A stretch of DNA of 64,000 nucleotides from Candidatus Poribacteria bacterium (GCA_965197475.1 CBDANF010000003.1:3168001-3232000); one strand, 5' to 3'. Positions 20,052 through 30,994 are shown, counted from the first letter of the stretch. Notes: generated from the letters alone by a model not told the origin. Program-made: numbers and translations.

Positions 20052-21266
20052 TTTATCCTTTTAAAAGTTTTCAATTTCTGCTATACTTTTTCCAATTATA
20101 CAAATCATAGGATTGATACCAATGCACATAAAGCCTCCAGAGATTACAGAAAGTGTTTCAGAGTTGAAAAGCCTGTTGAGAAAGACATCAGTAGGTTATC
20201 AAAAGCAAAGATTGACAGCCCTTTACCTATTTCGTAGTGGTCAAGCAATAACTCGCAAGCAAGTCGCTGAGAGGTTAGGTGTCAGCCGAAAAACGATTGG
20301 ACACTGGATAGCGACTTATGAGACTAAAGGACTTGATGCGCTTTTGGATCGTGATTATTCCCCGGGCGTCCCCCTCGGTTATCCAAAGAACAACAAGAGC
20401 TGCTGCGAGCGGAACTTCAAAAACCAGAAGGTTTTTCCAGTTATCAACAGATAACAGATTATATTGAAGAAACCTTCGGTGTCCAAATGCACTATAAAAC
20501 AGTTCATGCGTTAGTTCGGTATAAATGGAATGCGAAACTCAAAGTGCCTCGCAAAAGTCATAAAAAAAACGATGTAGCGTGTGATGCGTTCGTTGCTAAC
20601 TTCGCTACCAAAGTTGAGGAGGTGATTTCGGAGAAGGCATCTTCTTTTCAAAGCGTCCGACTTTTTTGCCAAGACGAGTCAAGGTGTGGTCTTTTGCCTG
20701 TGTCGTCTCGGCGTCCCACTTTACGCGGTGTTAAACCGATTGCCAATGTTGATCACACTTACCAGAGCCTTTATCTATACGGAGCTGTGGAACCGATAAC
20801 AGGAGAAAGTTTCTTCCTTGAAATGCCCTGGCTCAATGGTGTCTGTTTCCAAGTATTCATTGATGAGTTAGCAAAGACTTTTCCAAAGACGCTAAATGTC
20901 CTTGTGCTTGATAATGGTCGTTTTCATCAGGCGAAATCGCTACAACTTCCTGACAATATCGCCTTGATTTTTCTACCCCCTTATAGTCCAGAGTTGAACC
21001 CGATCGAAAGACTCTGGCAAGACATCAAAGCCAAATTGTTTCAGCACACATTGGGGTCAATAGAGGAAATGCAGGACAAAATCACACAAATCTTGAGAAA
21101 GTATACGAAGGCAGCTATTGCTCAAATCACAAATTTTAAATATTTCACGAAAGTCGCAAATGGAATATAATTATTCAGAAATGGTATTAGGATGCTATCT
21201 CATGCTATAAAAGTCAAGGAAAATGGACACAGCAAAAACGCATTTCCATGGCGTTACACCTTGTTT

Positions 21267-21605
21267 CTATTGATGATTATTAGGTTGAAGACCATTCTGA
21301 GAAATATCAGTAAGACTATGTTGTCCACCAAGTTGTAGACCTTTCAACACTTGAATCCTTGTAGACAAGCAACCTTCTTCAATTTTCGCATCCCGACTTA
21401 TACCGTAAGGTAGCATGTTGGTGCGACCATTCTCAATTAGGGGTATGCCATACTTTAGTTCATCACAGAGTTCTTGTAGCATAGAGGTATCTATTTTAAA
21501 AATTTCTCCAGGAACAATTTCGAGATCTAAAAAGGCTGAATCGGGTTTTGCTGGATCGTCGTAGACTTTTTTGAGAATAGCTGGTAGTTTTAGTGTGTCT
21601 ATCAT
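21267..21605 (-). CDS. Hypothetical protein
   Basis: 112-aa ORF with AGGAG RBS; no recognisable motif. Confidence 0.4.
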   Translation of the reverse strand: MIDTLKLPAILKKVYDDPAKPDSAFLDLEIVPGEIFKIDTSMLQELCDELKYGIPLIENGRTNMLPYGISRDAKIEEGCLSTRIQVLKGLQLGGQHSLTDISQNGLQPNNHQ

Positions 21606-21942
21606 TTACTTTGCTCCTCTTTCAATATTGAATTATGTTACACATTTCGCCCACTGGGGCTAAGGAGGTTGGTTTTACCACGTTCTATATACCTGTCGCC
21701 CTGCTGGGGCTTTATAATTCGGACAGATTACGGAAAGTGTAAGATTCTATTGACATAGCGTTACAAACCGCTTCCACAGGAGTTCTGTAGTTGCGATTCG
21801 GAGATCGCTCCTACAGAATGTAAGAGGCGACAAATGCCAATATTCAAATGTAAGAGATGCAATGAATTGCGCGACTACAAACCCCGCAAACCTATAGAGA
21901 ATTGTAAAGGTAATTTTAGATTTCACTATAGCCTCACTTTAT

Positions 21943-22820
21943 TTACTCGGATCCTAAAATTGGTATAACGTCCCATTGAACTTCATCTGCCATACCCGGG
22001 TAGGTTTCACCACGAATCCACATGGGAGGTCGTTTTTTATTTACAGCCTCAGGACGTGTCCATTCTGCTTTTGCACTGACATAATGTGCTTTGCGCTGAC
22101 ATAATGTGCTACGTTTGCACGTCTGAAACGTAGACTTTGGTTATCAGTGCTTTTATGTAGAACTTGGCTATTGAACCAGATTACTGCTCCAGCAGGGACT
22201 TCTACCGCAACACCATCTTCATCACGAACACCTTGTGCCTGTCTAAACTCTCCTTGTTGTGGACCTTCAATTTCTTTATGTTCATGAACTTCATACTTGT
22301 GGCTGCCAGGGATAACGTATAGACAACCGTTTTCTTTATCTGCTGCATCAATTGCAGTCCATGTTGCGACTGTCGTTCCGGTTTTATATTGATGGTTAAA
22401 ATACCATTTATCTTGATGCCACGGGAAACCTAAGCCAATCTTTGGAGGCTTCCAAAAATACAGATTGTTGAGACCAAGGATATCTGGACCGAGTATGTCA
22501 ACGACGGGATCCGTTAGACGACAATCGCGGGTACGCGCAAGAAATTCTGGATTATTACAACTTACATATTGGATATTGTGCATCGCGTAGATGCCTTGTG
22601 CTTTAACTTTACCGTCTCTGACTAAAGCGTTTTCAAAGATATGATAGTCTGGGAAGGGTCGTTTTCCATCAACAATGCCATCAGCGATTTGACCTAAACA
22701 GTCGTTTTCTTCTTCGGTAAAAACGTTTAGGCGGACAAAGTATCCGTTTTCGTTCCAATGTGAAAGTTCGTCAGCATTTAGTCCAAACTTCCGTTCCTCC
22801 GATGTTGTATTTGTGTTCAC
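21943..22820 (-). pseudogene. Phytanoyl-CoA dioxygenase (PhyH) family protein, C-terminus frameshifted by a 20-bp tandem duplication
   Basis: ENGYF, PWHQD, WTAIDAADKENGCL and H.S..N.S..FRR motifs; AGGAG + GTG start at 22820; duplication at 22071-22110. Confidence 0.8.
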
Positions 22821-23061
22821 TAATTCTCCTATCAATACATTTTCGCAATGAGTAGTTTTGGACTTGATAAAAAATTTTAAAAATCGCTATAAAGCCTTGT
22901 GTCCACTGGGTTTATATGGTATAATATAGATAAGAAAAAAGGGAGGTTGTAGCCTCCCAATTAACCCAAAAAGCAGAGTTGCTTTCTGAAGGTTTAATCT
23001 TATCTGATATTGTATCAGAAGTCCGTCAGAAAAAGCAACTCCTATTTCAAGGAGTTATCTG

Positions 23062-23942
23062 ATGGATTTGTTGAAGGTGATGGAACGTTTCCCGGATCAA
23101 GAGAGTTGTATTTCGCATTTAGAGAAGATTCGTTGGCGAGGTAAACCTGTGTGTCCGCATTGTGAAAGCGGTCATGTGGGCAGGCGTGAGGAGACAAAGA
23201 TCGGTCGTATCGGTCGTTGGAACTGCCACGAGTGCCAAGTGAGTTTCAAGGTGACGTGCAGGTCGGTGTTTCACGGGACAAAGGTAGTGTTACAGAAGTG
23301 GTTTTTAGCTATTTCGTTGATAACGAATGCGAAGAAAAGTTTGTCAAGTCATCAACTTGCGCGCGATTTAGACTTGAATCAAAAGACAGCATGGTTTATA
23401 ATGACTCGTATCCGTGCTGAAATGGCGAAGAAAGGCGGGGCTTTACTACAAGGTATCATTGAAGCAGATGAGACCTATATTGGCGGTAAACCTCGTAAAA
23501 AGAACAAACGTGAAGATGATGAACCACATAAACGTGGCAGAGGCACTGAAAAAACTGCTATAATAGGAGCAGTGCAGCGTGGAGGTAGGGTTGTCGCACA
23601 AGTGGCACACAACCTCACAGGACGCACTATCCTTGAGTTTATTCGGAGTGCTGTAAACCTAAAAAATCGGAACTAATAACCGATGAATATCAGGCTTACA
23701 ACGCTATTGGGAAAGAAATGAAGCACGCTGTTATCAACCACAAGGTGCAGTTTGCTGAGGGTGATGTCCATACGAACACGATTGAGGGCTTCTGGTCGCT
23801 TCTCAAACGCGCTTGGTATGGAAGTCATCACCACTATCAGACAGGATACACACCGCTATATGTGGCGGAAGCGTGCTATAAGTATAACTATAGGAGCGTT
23901 GACAGCATCTTTGATAAGTTTGTCAATGAAAGTATGAGATGA
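23062..23942 (+). pseudogene. IS1595-family (ISXO2-like) transposase, frameshifted at the A-run ~23660
   Basis: CPHC..CHEC, EADETYIGG and HTNTIEGFWS motifs split over two frames. Confidence 0.88.
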
Positions 23943-24124
23943 GTGAACAAATTGAAGTAAGAAAAGAAGGACCACGCAGTAAAGAACAACATATCCAATT
24001 CCTACGCGGTCCTATGACTGATTTAGTAAAAAGAACGAATATCGGTGACACAAAAAGACTTAACAAAGGTCTTCATCTTATTGATGAAATGTGTCAAAAG
24101 GTTAATTCTGTGAAAGATAATTAA
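23939..24124 (+). CDS. Small hypothetical passenger protein
   Basis: ATGA overlap with the transposase stop. Confidence 0.35.
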   Translation: MSEQIEVRKEGPRSKEQHIQFLRGPMTDLVKRTNIGDTKRLNKGLHLIDEMCQKVNSVKDN

Positions 24125-24353
24125 GAACACTATTCACATAACTAACTTGTGAATTAATTTCATTTGTCTTTTTCACAAATATACTCAAAGCCTGTGTTAG
24201 TTGATGGATAGATTTTAAATCTTTACTTTTAAAATCGTTATATGCTTTTTCAAGGTCATCCAGAAGTGGAGTAATTAAAAGTTCTGCTACTCCTTTCTGA
24301 ATATCTTCTTTTCGTTGAAGTTGTCCTTGTTGTTCTTGGACTAAATTATTCAT
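24102..24353 (-). CDS. Small hypothetical passenger protein
   Basis: 83-aa helical ORF with AAAGGAG RBS. Confidence 0.45.
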   Translation of the reverse strand: MNNLVQEQQGQLQRKEDIQKGVAELLITPLLDDLEKAYNDFKSKDLKSIHQLTQALSIFVKKTNEINSQVSYVNSVLNYLSQN

Positions 24354-24402
24354 CGGATTTCTCCTTTGTGGTTAGAGGGGACAGAGTCCCCTCGTTGTTG
24401 GG

Positions 24403-24895
24403 TTATTTAGGTGGGTTGCCATACTTGTTTGGTTCGGGATCACCTTTACTGAAAGCAAGCATAAACCAAATGACTATACCAATCGGAGGTATGTAAAATA
24501 GGATAAGATACCAAGCAGATCTACCAAAATCATGGCATCGTTTCACGATAACAGCGTTATCACACCAGAAGAATTTCACGATACTAATTGGTATCATAAA
24601 AGCGTAATACGCAATTTCACCTACTGTATATATCAAAAATGCCCCAAAAAGTTATGTATAATAAACCAGTACCTAAGAAATATATCCAAAAGTCTTTTCG
24701 GTTTATTCTACCTTTGAATGAAAACGACAATTGTTTCCAGTTGGTTTTAAATTCATCTGGACGTGACAATGCTGGAGGTATTATAACCTCATCTATTGGT
24801 GATTCCCACGGTGGTGTGCTTACAGGATTAAGAATAACGCCACCAGGTCCAACTTTTTTGTGCATCCTAAACTCCTTTGGCATAGGACACAGCAC
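24403..24895 (-). pseudogene. DUF805 (YhaH-like) membrane protein, frameshifted
   Basis: FSFKGRINRKDFW in one frame; VKRCHDFGRSAW...GDPEPNKYG in another. Confidence 0.8.
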
Positions 24896-25129
24896 AATGG
24901 GGTTTTAGATGCAAAGACTCCATTGTGTGAGTCCATAAAATATATGAAATGTGTTGCATTGATTCACGAATTCACACACACGAATTTTCCGATGTTAGGC
25001 GGTTGAGGTAGAGACCGCGCCTTGCGACGCGGCTAACATTCTCTACCAAAATTCGTGATGTTAATAGGATACTATACTGGCAGGATTTTGTCAAGTGAAA
25101 AATTTTTCTCAAATTTATCAAGTCCAAAA

Positions 25130-26008
25130 CTACTCATTGCGAAATTCTATATACACCATAGGCACCGCCGTTCGGCTACCAATAGATGCCAACGTGTTCG
25201 GCATAAAAACCACAAAACTCACCCAGATTAACAGCAGCACTACAAGACTCACCCCACTCTCTCGCACTGCAGCGGAAACGAGGATCCCTAACGCGATAAA
25301 GAGGCACGTATAGAGGATAACGATAACGGACAAGATGCCTAAACGTCCGCACGACTCGGCAGTCAGCTGCACTGCATCTGAAGAGGAAATCAGAAGTAGG
25401 TTCATTAAAACCGCAATAGCAAACGGAATATTAATGCTGATAAATGTGCCTAAAAACTTCCCAATCAGTATAGTGTGCCGCGGGATAGGGTTTGCCAATA
25501 TCAATCGCAATGTCCCTCGTTCCAGTTCACCAGAAACCGAATCAAAGGCAAACAGTATTGCCACGAAACTCAGCACATAGCCGACAATAAACGCCCAATC
25601 CAGCGTGGTAAAATCAGGGCGGATATTGTGGAGATTTGGTGTCTTTTGTGGGTAAGTCACCCGCCAGAGCGGTCTCACATTGGCAATGTCGCTAAAGTAG
25701 TTTTCTCCGCGAGCGTGAGTTGACAGAAACGCTTCATCACCTTCTGCACAGAAGCGGAGGGGTGAAGGTGCTTTGTGGAAATCGCCAGGACCTTCTGTCG
25801 CGAGGCGGTATAAACTGGTGCTGCGTGCTTCTAATGTCTTTACAGCATCGGCAGCTGCGTTGTGATACGCCTGTGTCCGTGAGGGATGTTCGCGCAGATA
25901 CACAACGGCATTGGTGAGCATCAATGCCAGCAGGAGAACTGTCGTCAATGCGAAACGAAGACTATTGAGAGTGTCGTAAATTTCGCGTTTTGCGATATGC
26001 CAAATCAT
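25130..26008 (-). pseudogene. ABC-2 type transporter permease, C-terminus truncated by the IS1595 element
   Basis: MIWHIAKREI and FDSVSGELERGTLRLILANPIPR..ILIGK motifs; the stop codon lies inside the TIR. Confidence 0.8.
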
Positions 26009-26087
26009 TATTTTAAGTTCCTTGCAGTCCGTTCTGGGTATCTTTATAAAAGCGAGTAGGTTAGGTTAGGTAGAGTGTAGCGAAACC

Positions 26088-26373
26088 TATAGATGTCAAT
26101 TTAAGAAAATATCTGTGTTTTTATGAACACTTCTCAATAGGCATGATGATTGAGACTGTCCTATATTTAGTCCCGTAGGGACTATATGTTTATAGTACCC
26201 GATGTTCTCAATCTCTTTCGCTCCGTAGGTGCGATATCTGTATAACGTTTTTGTTGGACATATCGCACCTACGGAGCGAAAGAGGCTATAATACGTTTTT
26301 CTATAAACATACAGTCCCTACGGGACTGAAGAGTATTACTCGTATTCGGAAATCGCTTAAGTTGACAGTTATG
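26088..26373. mobile_element. IS4/IS231-like MITE inserted in a REP, with 19-bp direct repeat GGTAGAGTGTAGCGAAACC
   Basis: Ends (T/C)ATAGATGTCAATTTAAG ... CTTAAGTTGACAGTTATG; repeat at 26069-26087 and 26374-26392; three internal CCGTAGG-type hairpins. Confidence 0.82.
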
Positions 26374-26392
26374 GGTAGAGTGTAGCGAAACC

Positions 26393-26524
26393 CATAGATG
26401 TCAATTTAAGGACAAATATCTGTATTTTAGCGATTAAAAAGTGTTGCAAAGTGGAGACACCTCTTGCATAATGTAGAAAATAACACTACTTAATTCTACA
26501 AAAGAGGTGTTCCAATGTCTATAC
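26393..26524 (+). mobile_element. Left-end remnant of the IS4/IS231-like element (TIR to the start of the transposase)
   Basis: CATAGATGTCAATTTAAG end; TTCTACAAAAGAGGTGTT(T)CCAATG matches the transposase start region near 42073-42100. Confidence 0.65.
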
Positions 26525-26710
26525 TAACTTAAGTTCCCATGGATAAAATTTCAAGTATACAGAACTGTTTTTAATTGAAAGGACAAGGATTTTCCTCTTG
26601 ATATGATGTCTTCCGCTATAAATCCAAATCAACGATGAATGCGCGTATGGCATTCATCGGGTTAGAAACCCCTACAAGAGCATTCGCGAAATAAGTGGCA
26701 ACTTGGGTTA
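26525..26710. mobile_element. MITE (TAACYYAAGTTGCCAC-type ends)
   Basis: Imperfect TIR TAACTTAAGTTCCCAT / GTGGCAACTTGGGTTA; same family as 47893-48413. Confidence 0.6.
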
Positions 26711-26813
26711 TACTAACATAGGTTTCCGACAAAATGCAAGAGATACTTCAAACCACACAGTGTTATTTAGTTTTAGGTTTTCTTTTGATATTTTTCACAA
26801 AGGTTAATATTCT

Positions 26814-27125
26814 ATGATATGCAGATGTAGCGTGCCTTTCACACTACGTCTGCTATACTTCACCTTTAAACAAGATGCGACAACAAAACACGGACTCTCT
26901 GTCGTTTCTCAGGAGTTAGGGATCACACTCACGCAACGCGGTATCAGCGACAAAACTTACGAAGTGCCTGTCTCAACACAAATCCTCAAAGCATTTGATG
27001 TCAGTGGTAAAATCATAACAACGGATGCCCTTTTGACACAGCGTGCTTGCTGCGCCCAATTGGCAGATGCGGGTGGAGACTATGTGCTACCTGTCCATAG
27101 GAACGACCCTCTTCCTATCTTTTAG
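26814..27125 (+). pseudogene. ISAs1-family transposase fragment
   Basis: GITLTQ...E.P...L..FDVSGKIITTDALLTQR......GGDYVLPV is the ISAs1 core motif. Confidence 0.75.
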
Positions 27126-27212
27126 TAGAAGCACTTTGTAAGCGCGCCGAGCAAAGATGTATTGTTAATTGTAAAATCTACTATAATAACCCTGAATAGC
27201 CATGGAATTATC

Positions 27213-27241
27213 TTGACATCAGTCCGAAATAATACTATACT
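27213..27241 (+). promoter_or_regulatory. sigma70-type promoter of the LamG gene
   Basis: TTGACA-17 bp-TATACT. Confidence 0.6.
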
Positions 27242-27352
27242 TGTTTTTAACTATATGTGAAAAGCGAGTAATTTGAAAACGGTAGCGAAAGTTGTCGTGA
27301 ATTTATTTTGCCTACAAAACTCCTATAACTCCTTATATAAGGAGGCTCTCTA

Positions 27353-28129
27353 ATGAGAGGAAAAATGTTTAACAAAGTTTTGTCCCTGACTTTTACCCTT
27401 GTTATAGTACTCACTTTTATGTGTGCTAATATGGCGAATGCCCAATTTGTTACTGAAGGACTCGTTAGTTATTGGACCTTTAATAAGGCGAGTATGCAAG
27501 GAGAAACGGTTAAAGATGTCTGGGGAGAGAATAATGGAACTATCAAAGGTGAACCAAAAGCAGTAGAAGGTAAATTCAGCGAGGCGATGGAATTTGATGG
27601 AAGGGACGATTTTGTTGAGGTGCCTGATTCAAAGTCGCTCCAGATAGATAAAGCAGGCACCATAGAAATGTGGATCCAAATCGCGGAAACACAAAATTAT
27701 CAAGGCATTTTCATTAAGGCGGCAGGCTGGAGCAGGACAGGATATGTCCTAAGATATAGTTCCCAGTATCAGTTTCAAGGTGGTTGGGAATGGGTTGACT
27801 TCCACCAAGACGGTGAATTGAAAGAAGGAGAATAGTCTCATATAGCAATGTTGACCGACGGTGAGACAGCGTCCCTATATCAAGATGGAGAGTTAATAAA
27901 ATCCCAAGAAACTACTGTTGCTGTAGACAATGAACCGTTTTTATTAGGCTTTACTGTAGATGTCTATTGGAAGGGACTCATTGACGAAGTTCGCGTTTAT
28001 AATCGAGATCTAAGTGAAGATGAGGTCAATCAGAACATGAATGCAGAAGGTTTAGATGTCGTAAGTCCTACTGAGAAACTATCTCTCACTTGGGACAGAT
28101 TAAATCTCAGTAGCTTTAGAGAGCTATAA
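27353..28129 (+). pseudogene. Secreted LamG/concanavalin-like protein with in-frame TAG and C-terminal frameshift
   Basis: GLVSYWTF, GKF..AMEFDG.DD and GLIDEVRVYNRDLS motifs; TAG at 27833-27835 where Trp (EWSHIA) is expected. Confidence 0.8.
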
Positions 28130-28187
28130 GAATTGTTCATACTATGCCATAATTGGCGGGGTTACGTAAGTCTTATTTTTTATAGAA

Positions 28188-29336
28188 TTGAGAACTATGA
28201 ATGCAATAGAATTGACACAAACACTTATCGGATATGACACAGTGAGTCCTAAAAGCAACGTTGAGGTGATGGACTTTCTCACCAGAACGTTGGAATCCGT
28301 TGATTGCGAAGTGGAACGGGTTGAATATACCGATCCGGAGGGTGTACTAAAAGTAAATCTGATCGGCAGAAAAGGACGCAACACAAGTGAGCGTGGATTG
28401 GCACTTCTCGGACACATAGATACCGTCCCCGCAATCGGTTGGTCAGAAAACCCTTTTGAGGCACGGATCGTTGATGGCAAGATGTATGGACGCGGCAGCT
28501 GTGATATGAAAGGGAGTGTCGCTTGTATGATTGAGGTGGCATCCTATTATGCTGCGTCCCAGTTAGATGCTCCACTCTATGTGGTTATCACGGCTGATGA
28601 GGAGGTAGGTTATTTTGGGGCAAGTGCTGTCGCCGAAAAGTCGGAGATGTTTAAAAAACATGGGTTTCCACAATACGGGGTAGTTGGCGAACCGACTGAA
28701 CTGAAAGCCGTTTACGCGCACAAAGGTGCAGTTCGTTTTTCCGTCACTGCACACGGGCGCGCCGCACACAGCAGCACAGGTGAAGGTGACAATGCGAACC
28801 TCAAACTCATTCCGTTTCTTTCAGAAATGCGGGAAGTCCATCAGGAATTGACAACCGATACCCGATACTTCAATTCTGAATTCACTCCCCCCTTTACTGA
28901 TTGGAATATCACTATCAGTGATGGAGAATGTACCGCTAATATTACCTCACCGCTAAGTATATGTAATATTAACTATCGTCCGATGCCGGGTGATGCTCCG
29001 CAGGTATGGATAGATCGGGGACGCGATGCAGCGGAAAAATATGGGTTGGAGTTTGACCTATTCATCAATGCCGGTCCCGTGCGTACGCCGCCTGATGCTG
29101 AAATCATCCAAGCAGCACTCGAAATCACCAGAGACACGAAACCTCATACTGTCGCTTACAGCACTGATGCAGCGGTCTTCTCCAAGCACATGGAAACAGT
29201 CATTATAGGTCCGGGAAGTATTTTACAGGCACATACCGTTGATGAATGGATGGCATTAGACCAATTTGATAAAGCAATCAATATTTTTAGCCAGTTTGTT
29301 GATCGGTTTTGTGTTTCGTCCAATCTCCACAGATAA
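28188..29336 (+). CDS. argE: M20 family amidohydrolase, acetylornithine deacetylase-like
   Basis: GHIDTVP, YGRGSCDMKG, DEEVG, GEPT, HKG, AAHSS and GPGSILQAHTVDE motifs. Confidence 0.75.
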   Translation: MRTMNAIELTQTLIGYDTVSPKSNVEVMDFLTRTLESVDCEVERVEYTDPEGVLKVNLIGRKGRNTSERGLALLGHIDTVPAIGWSENPFEARIVDGKMYGRGSCDMKGSVACMIEVASYYAASQLDAPLYVVITADEEVGYFGASAVAEKSEMFKKHGFPQYGVVGEPTELKAVYAHKGAVRFSVTAHGRAAHSSTGEGDNANLKLIPFLSEMREVHQELTTDTRYFNSEFTPPFTDWNITISDGECTANITSPLSICNINYRPMPGDAPQVWIDRGRDAAEKYGLEFDLFINAGPVRTPPDAEIIQAALEITRDTKPHTVAYSTDAAVFSKHMETVIIGPGSILQAHTVDEWMALDQFDKAINIFSQFVDRFCVSSNLHR

Positions 29337-29370
29337 CGGTTTTGTTCCCTACGGTTGCATTAGGTTCACT

Positions 29371-29486
29371 AGACATTATAACTAATTAGTTGTCCGTTTG
29401 GTTAGTCTCTATTATACTTATTACAATCGGACAATAGGAGGCTAACTCATGATAAGTTTTCAAGAACTAAAGGACAAACCTGATAC
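29371..29486 (+). mobile_element. Left-end remnant of the ISL2-like element, truncated by IS3
   Basis: Near-identical to the reverse complement of 44047-44162. Confidence 0.8.
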
Positions 29487-30731
29487 TGAAGTGCTACCGT
29501 TTATTCAGACCAAAATTTAGCAAAGTTAAGACAAGTTTTTTTGCTCAAATTCCACAGGTGTCAAATACCCTAACGCAGAGTGAGGGCGTTTGTGATTATA
29601 CACTTGTGTAATAAAATGCCCAATGCGGGTTCTTGCTTCGTGGATGTCCTCATAGTCATTGAGATGAACTTCTTCTTCCTTGAGCGTGCGGATAAGTCTT
29701 TCAGCATATCCGTTCTCCCAAGGACACCCTCTCCGGGCGACTGAAATCTCAATCCCATGATGCCTAAGCAGTGAGATGGACGCATTTGAAAGATATTGAA
29801 CGCCTTGATCAGAATGATGGATCTCTGGGACACTTTGACATAATGCTGTCTCCAAGGGTTTCAACGTCAGAGATTGCGTCAAGTGTTGACTGATATGCCA
29901 CCCTCTGATCATGCGAGTGAAGACATCCATGAGCAGACAAACATAGATAAAGTGTCCTTTGAGGCGGACGTAGGTAATATCGCCCACCCAGGCCTGATTA
30001 CATCGGGAGACATCAAGGTTTTCAAGGCGATTGCTCCAGGGACGCACACCCGCAACGGATGTCGTGGTTTGACAGACACGCTTGACAGAAACCGAGAGGT
30101 TGGCGGACTTCATCAATCGGGCAACACGTTTATACCCGATGGTGTATCCGTTACGCACCAACAACTGTGTGGGACGCCTATATCCGTATGTTGGATATAG
30201 CAAAGATAACGTCTCTATTTCATCCTGGAGGCCCGCTTCACACGGGGCCTGCTTGGAGTGATAATAGAGGTTGCTTCGGTTGAAACCGAGTGTCTCACAT
30301 ATCTGCCGAACCGAAAAGTCTGTCCGTAATGCCGTAACCATTTCTCGCTGCTCCATCGAGGCTAACTCAAGTAAGTTGAGGCTTTTTTTTGGATGTCAAG
30401 TGCCAAGGTCAACCGCCCAACGAGTTGCTCAAGTTGGGCGATCCGCTCCGCAGAGGCATCAGACTGTTTATCAGCGGGTTCAAAGAGGGTCGCCGCTTTT
30501 TCAAGAAGCTGTCGCTTCCACTTTGAAAGTTGTTCATCGATGAGGTTATGTCGCCGACACACTTCTGCTTGGGAACTTTCAACGCTGAGAGCCTCAAGAA
30601 CAACTTCGGCTTTAAACTCGGAGGTGAAGTTTCTTCGTTTTCGTTTCGCCATCGGATACTCCTTTCAAGTAGATGGATATTATACCATAATCTTGTCTTA
30701 GAGAGTGGCCCGAATTTCCGATGGCAGTACA
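29487..30731 (-). mobile_element. IS3-family IS (orfA 30362-30652, orfB 29526-30356)
   Basis: TG...CA imperfect TIRs; orfA HTH (FTSEFKAEVV); orfB rve motifs (WVGDITY, HHSDQG, NGYAER, YNHKRPHSALGY); A8G slippery site at ~30383-30390. Confidence 0.92.
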
Positions 30732-30873
30732 GTATTTTTGGTGCTGTATTGGTTGCGGTAAGAAGAGCGGAGCAATACCACATATCCTCGCCGAACATTT
30801 AATTGAAAATGAAGGACAGGCGGTACGTGATATAGAGTAATTGGTTATTAGGTGAATAAAAGGAAAGCTTATA

Positions 30874-30994
30874 TAGGACTTACGCAAATTGAGTAGAAAA
30901 GGACATATTGGACTTAAACGGTCGTTATTTCGGAATTTTAACCCTCTAAATCCCCTTATCAAGAGGCACTTTAAGAGGAAATGCGTAAGTCCTA
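30874..30994. mobile_element. MITE (AGGACTTACGCA ends), second copy
   Basis: TAGGACTTACGCA/TGCGTAAGTCCTA; cargo is the reverse complement of the 12.5-kb hairpin. Confidence 0.7.

Larger units (their letters stand above)
19038..21187 (+). mobile_element. IS630-family element (transposase ORFs 20113-20454 and 20487-21170, frameshifted), carrying a nested IS1595
   Basis: TIRs ATACCATTTCT/AGAAATGGTAT; HTH plus DDE motifs QDESR, LDNGRFH and LPPYSPELNPIERLW. Confidence 0.88.
22844..25141 (+). mobile_element. IS1595-family element with passenger genes (tIS-like, ~2.3 kb)
   Basis: Perfect inverted repeat TTTCGCAATGAGTAGTTTTGGACTTGATAAA (22841-22871 / 25114-25144); encloses a transposase, two small ORFs and a DUF805 gene. 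Confidence 0.85.

Noticed and set aside
20340-23680. Several homopolymer frameshifts (IS630 ~20360, IS1595 ~23660; also ~4128, ~24640, ~28091) as programmed frameshifting
   Set aside because: More simply explained by decay or sequencing indels; only the IS3 A8G site fits a known programmed site.
27833-27835. TAG and TGA (53060-53062) at Trp positions suggesting stop-codon recoding
   Set aside because: Two different stop codons, both single G-to-A changes from TGG. Both genes carry additional frameshifts, and TAG/TGA terminate normal genes in the window.
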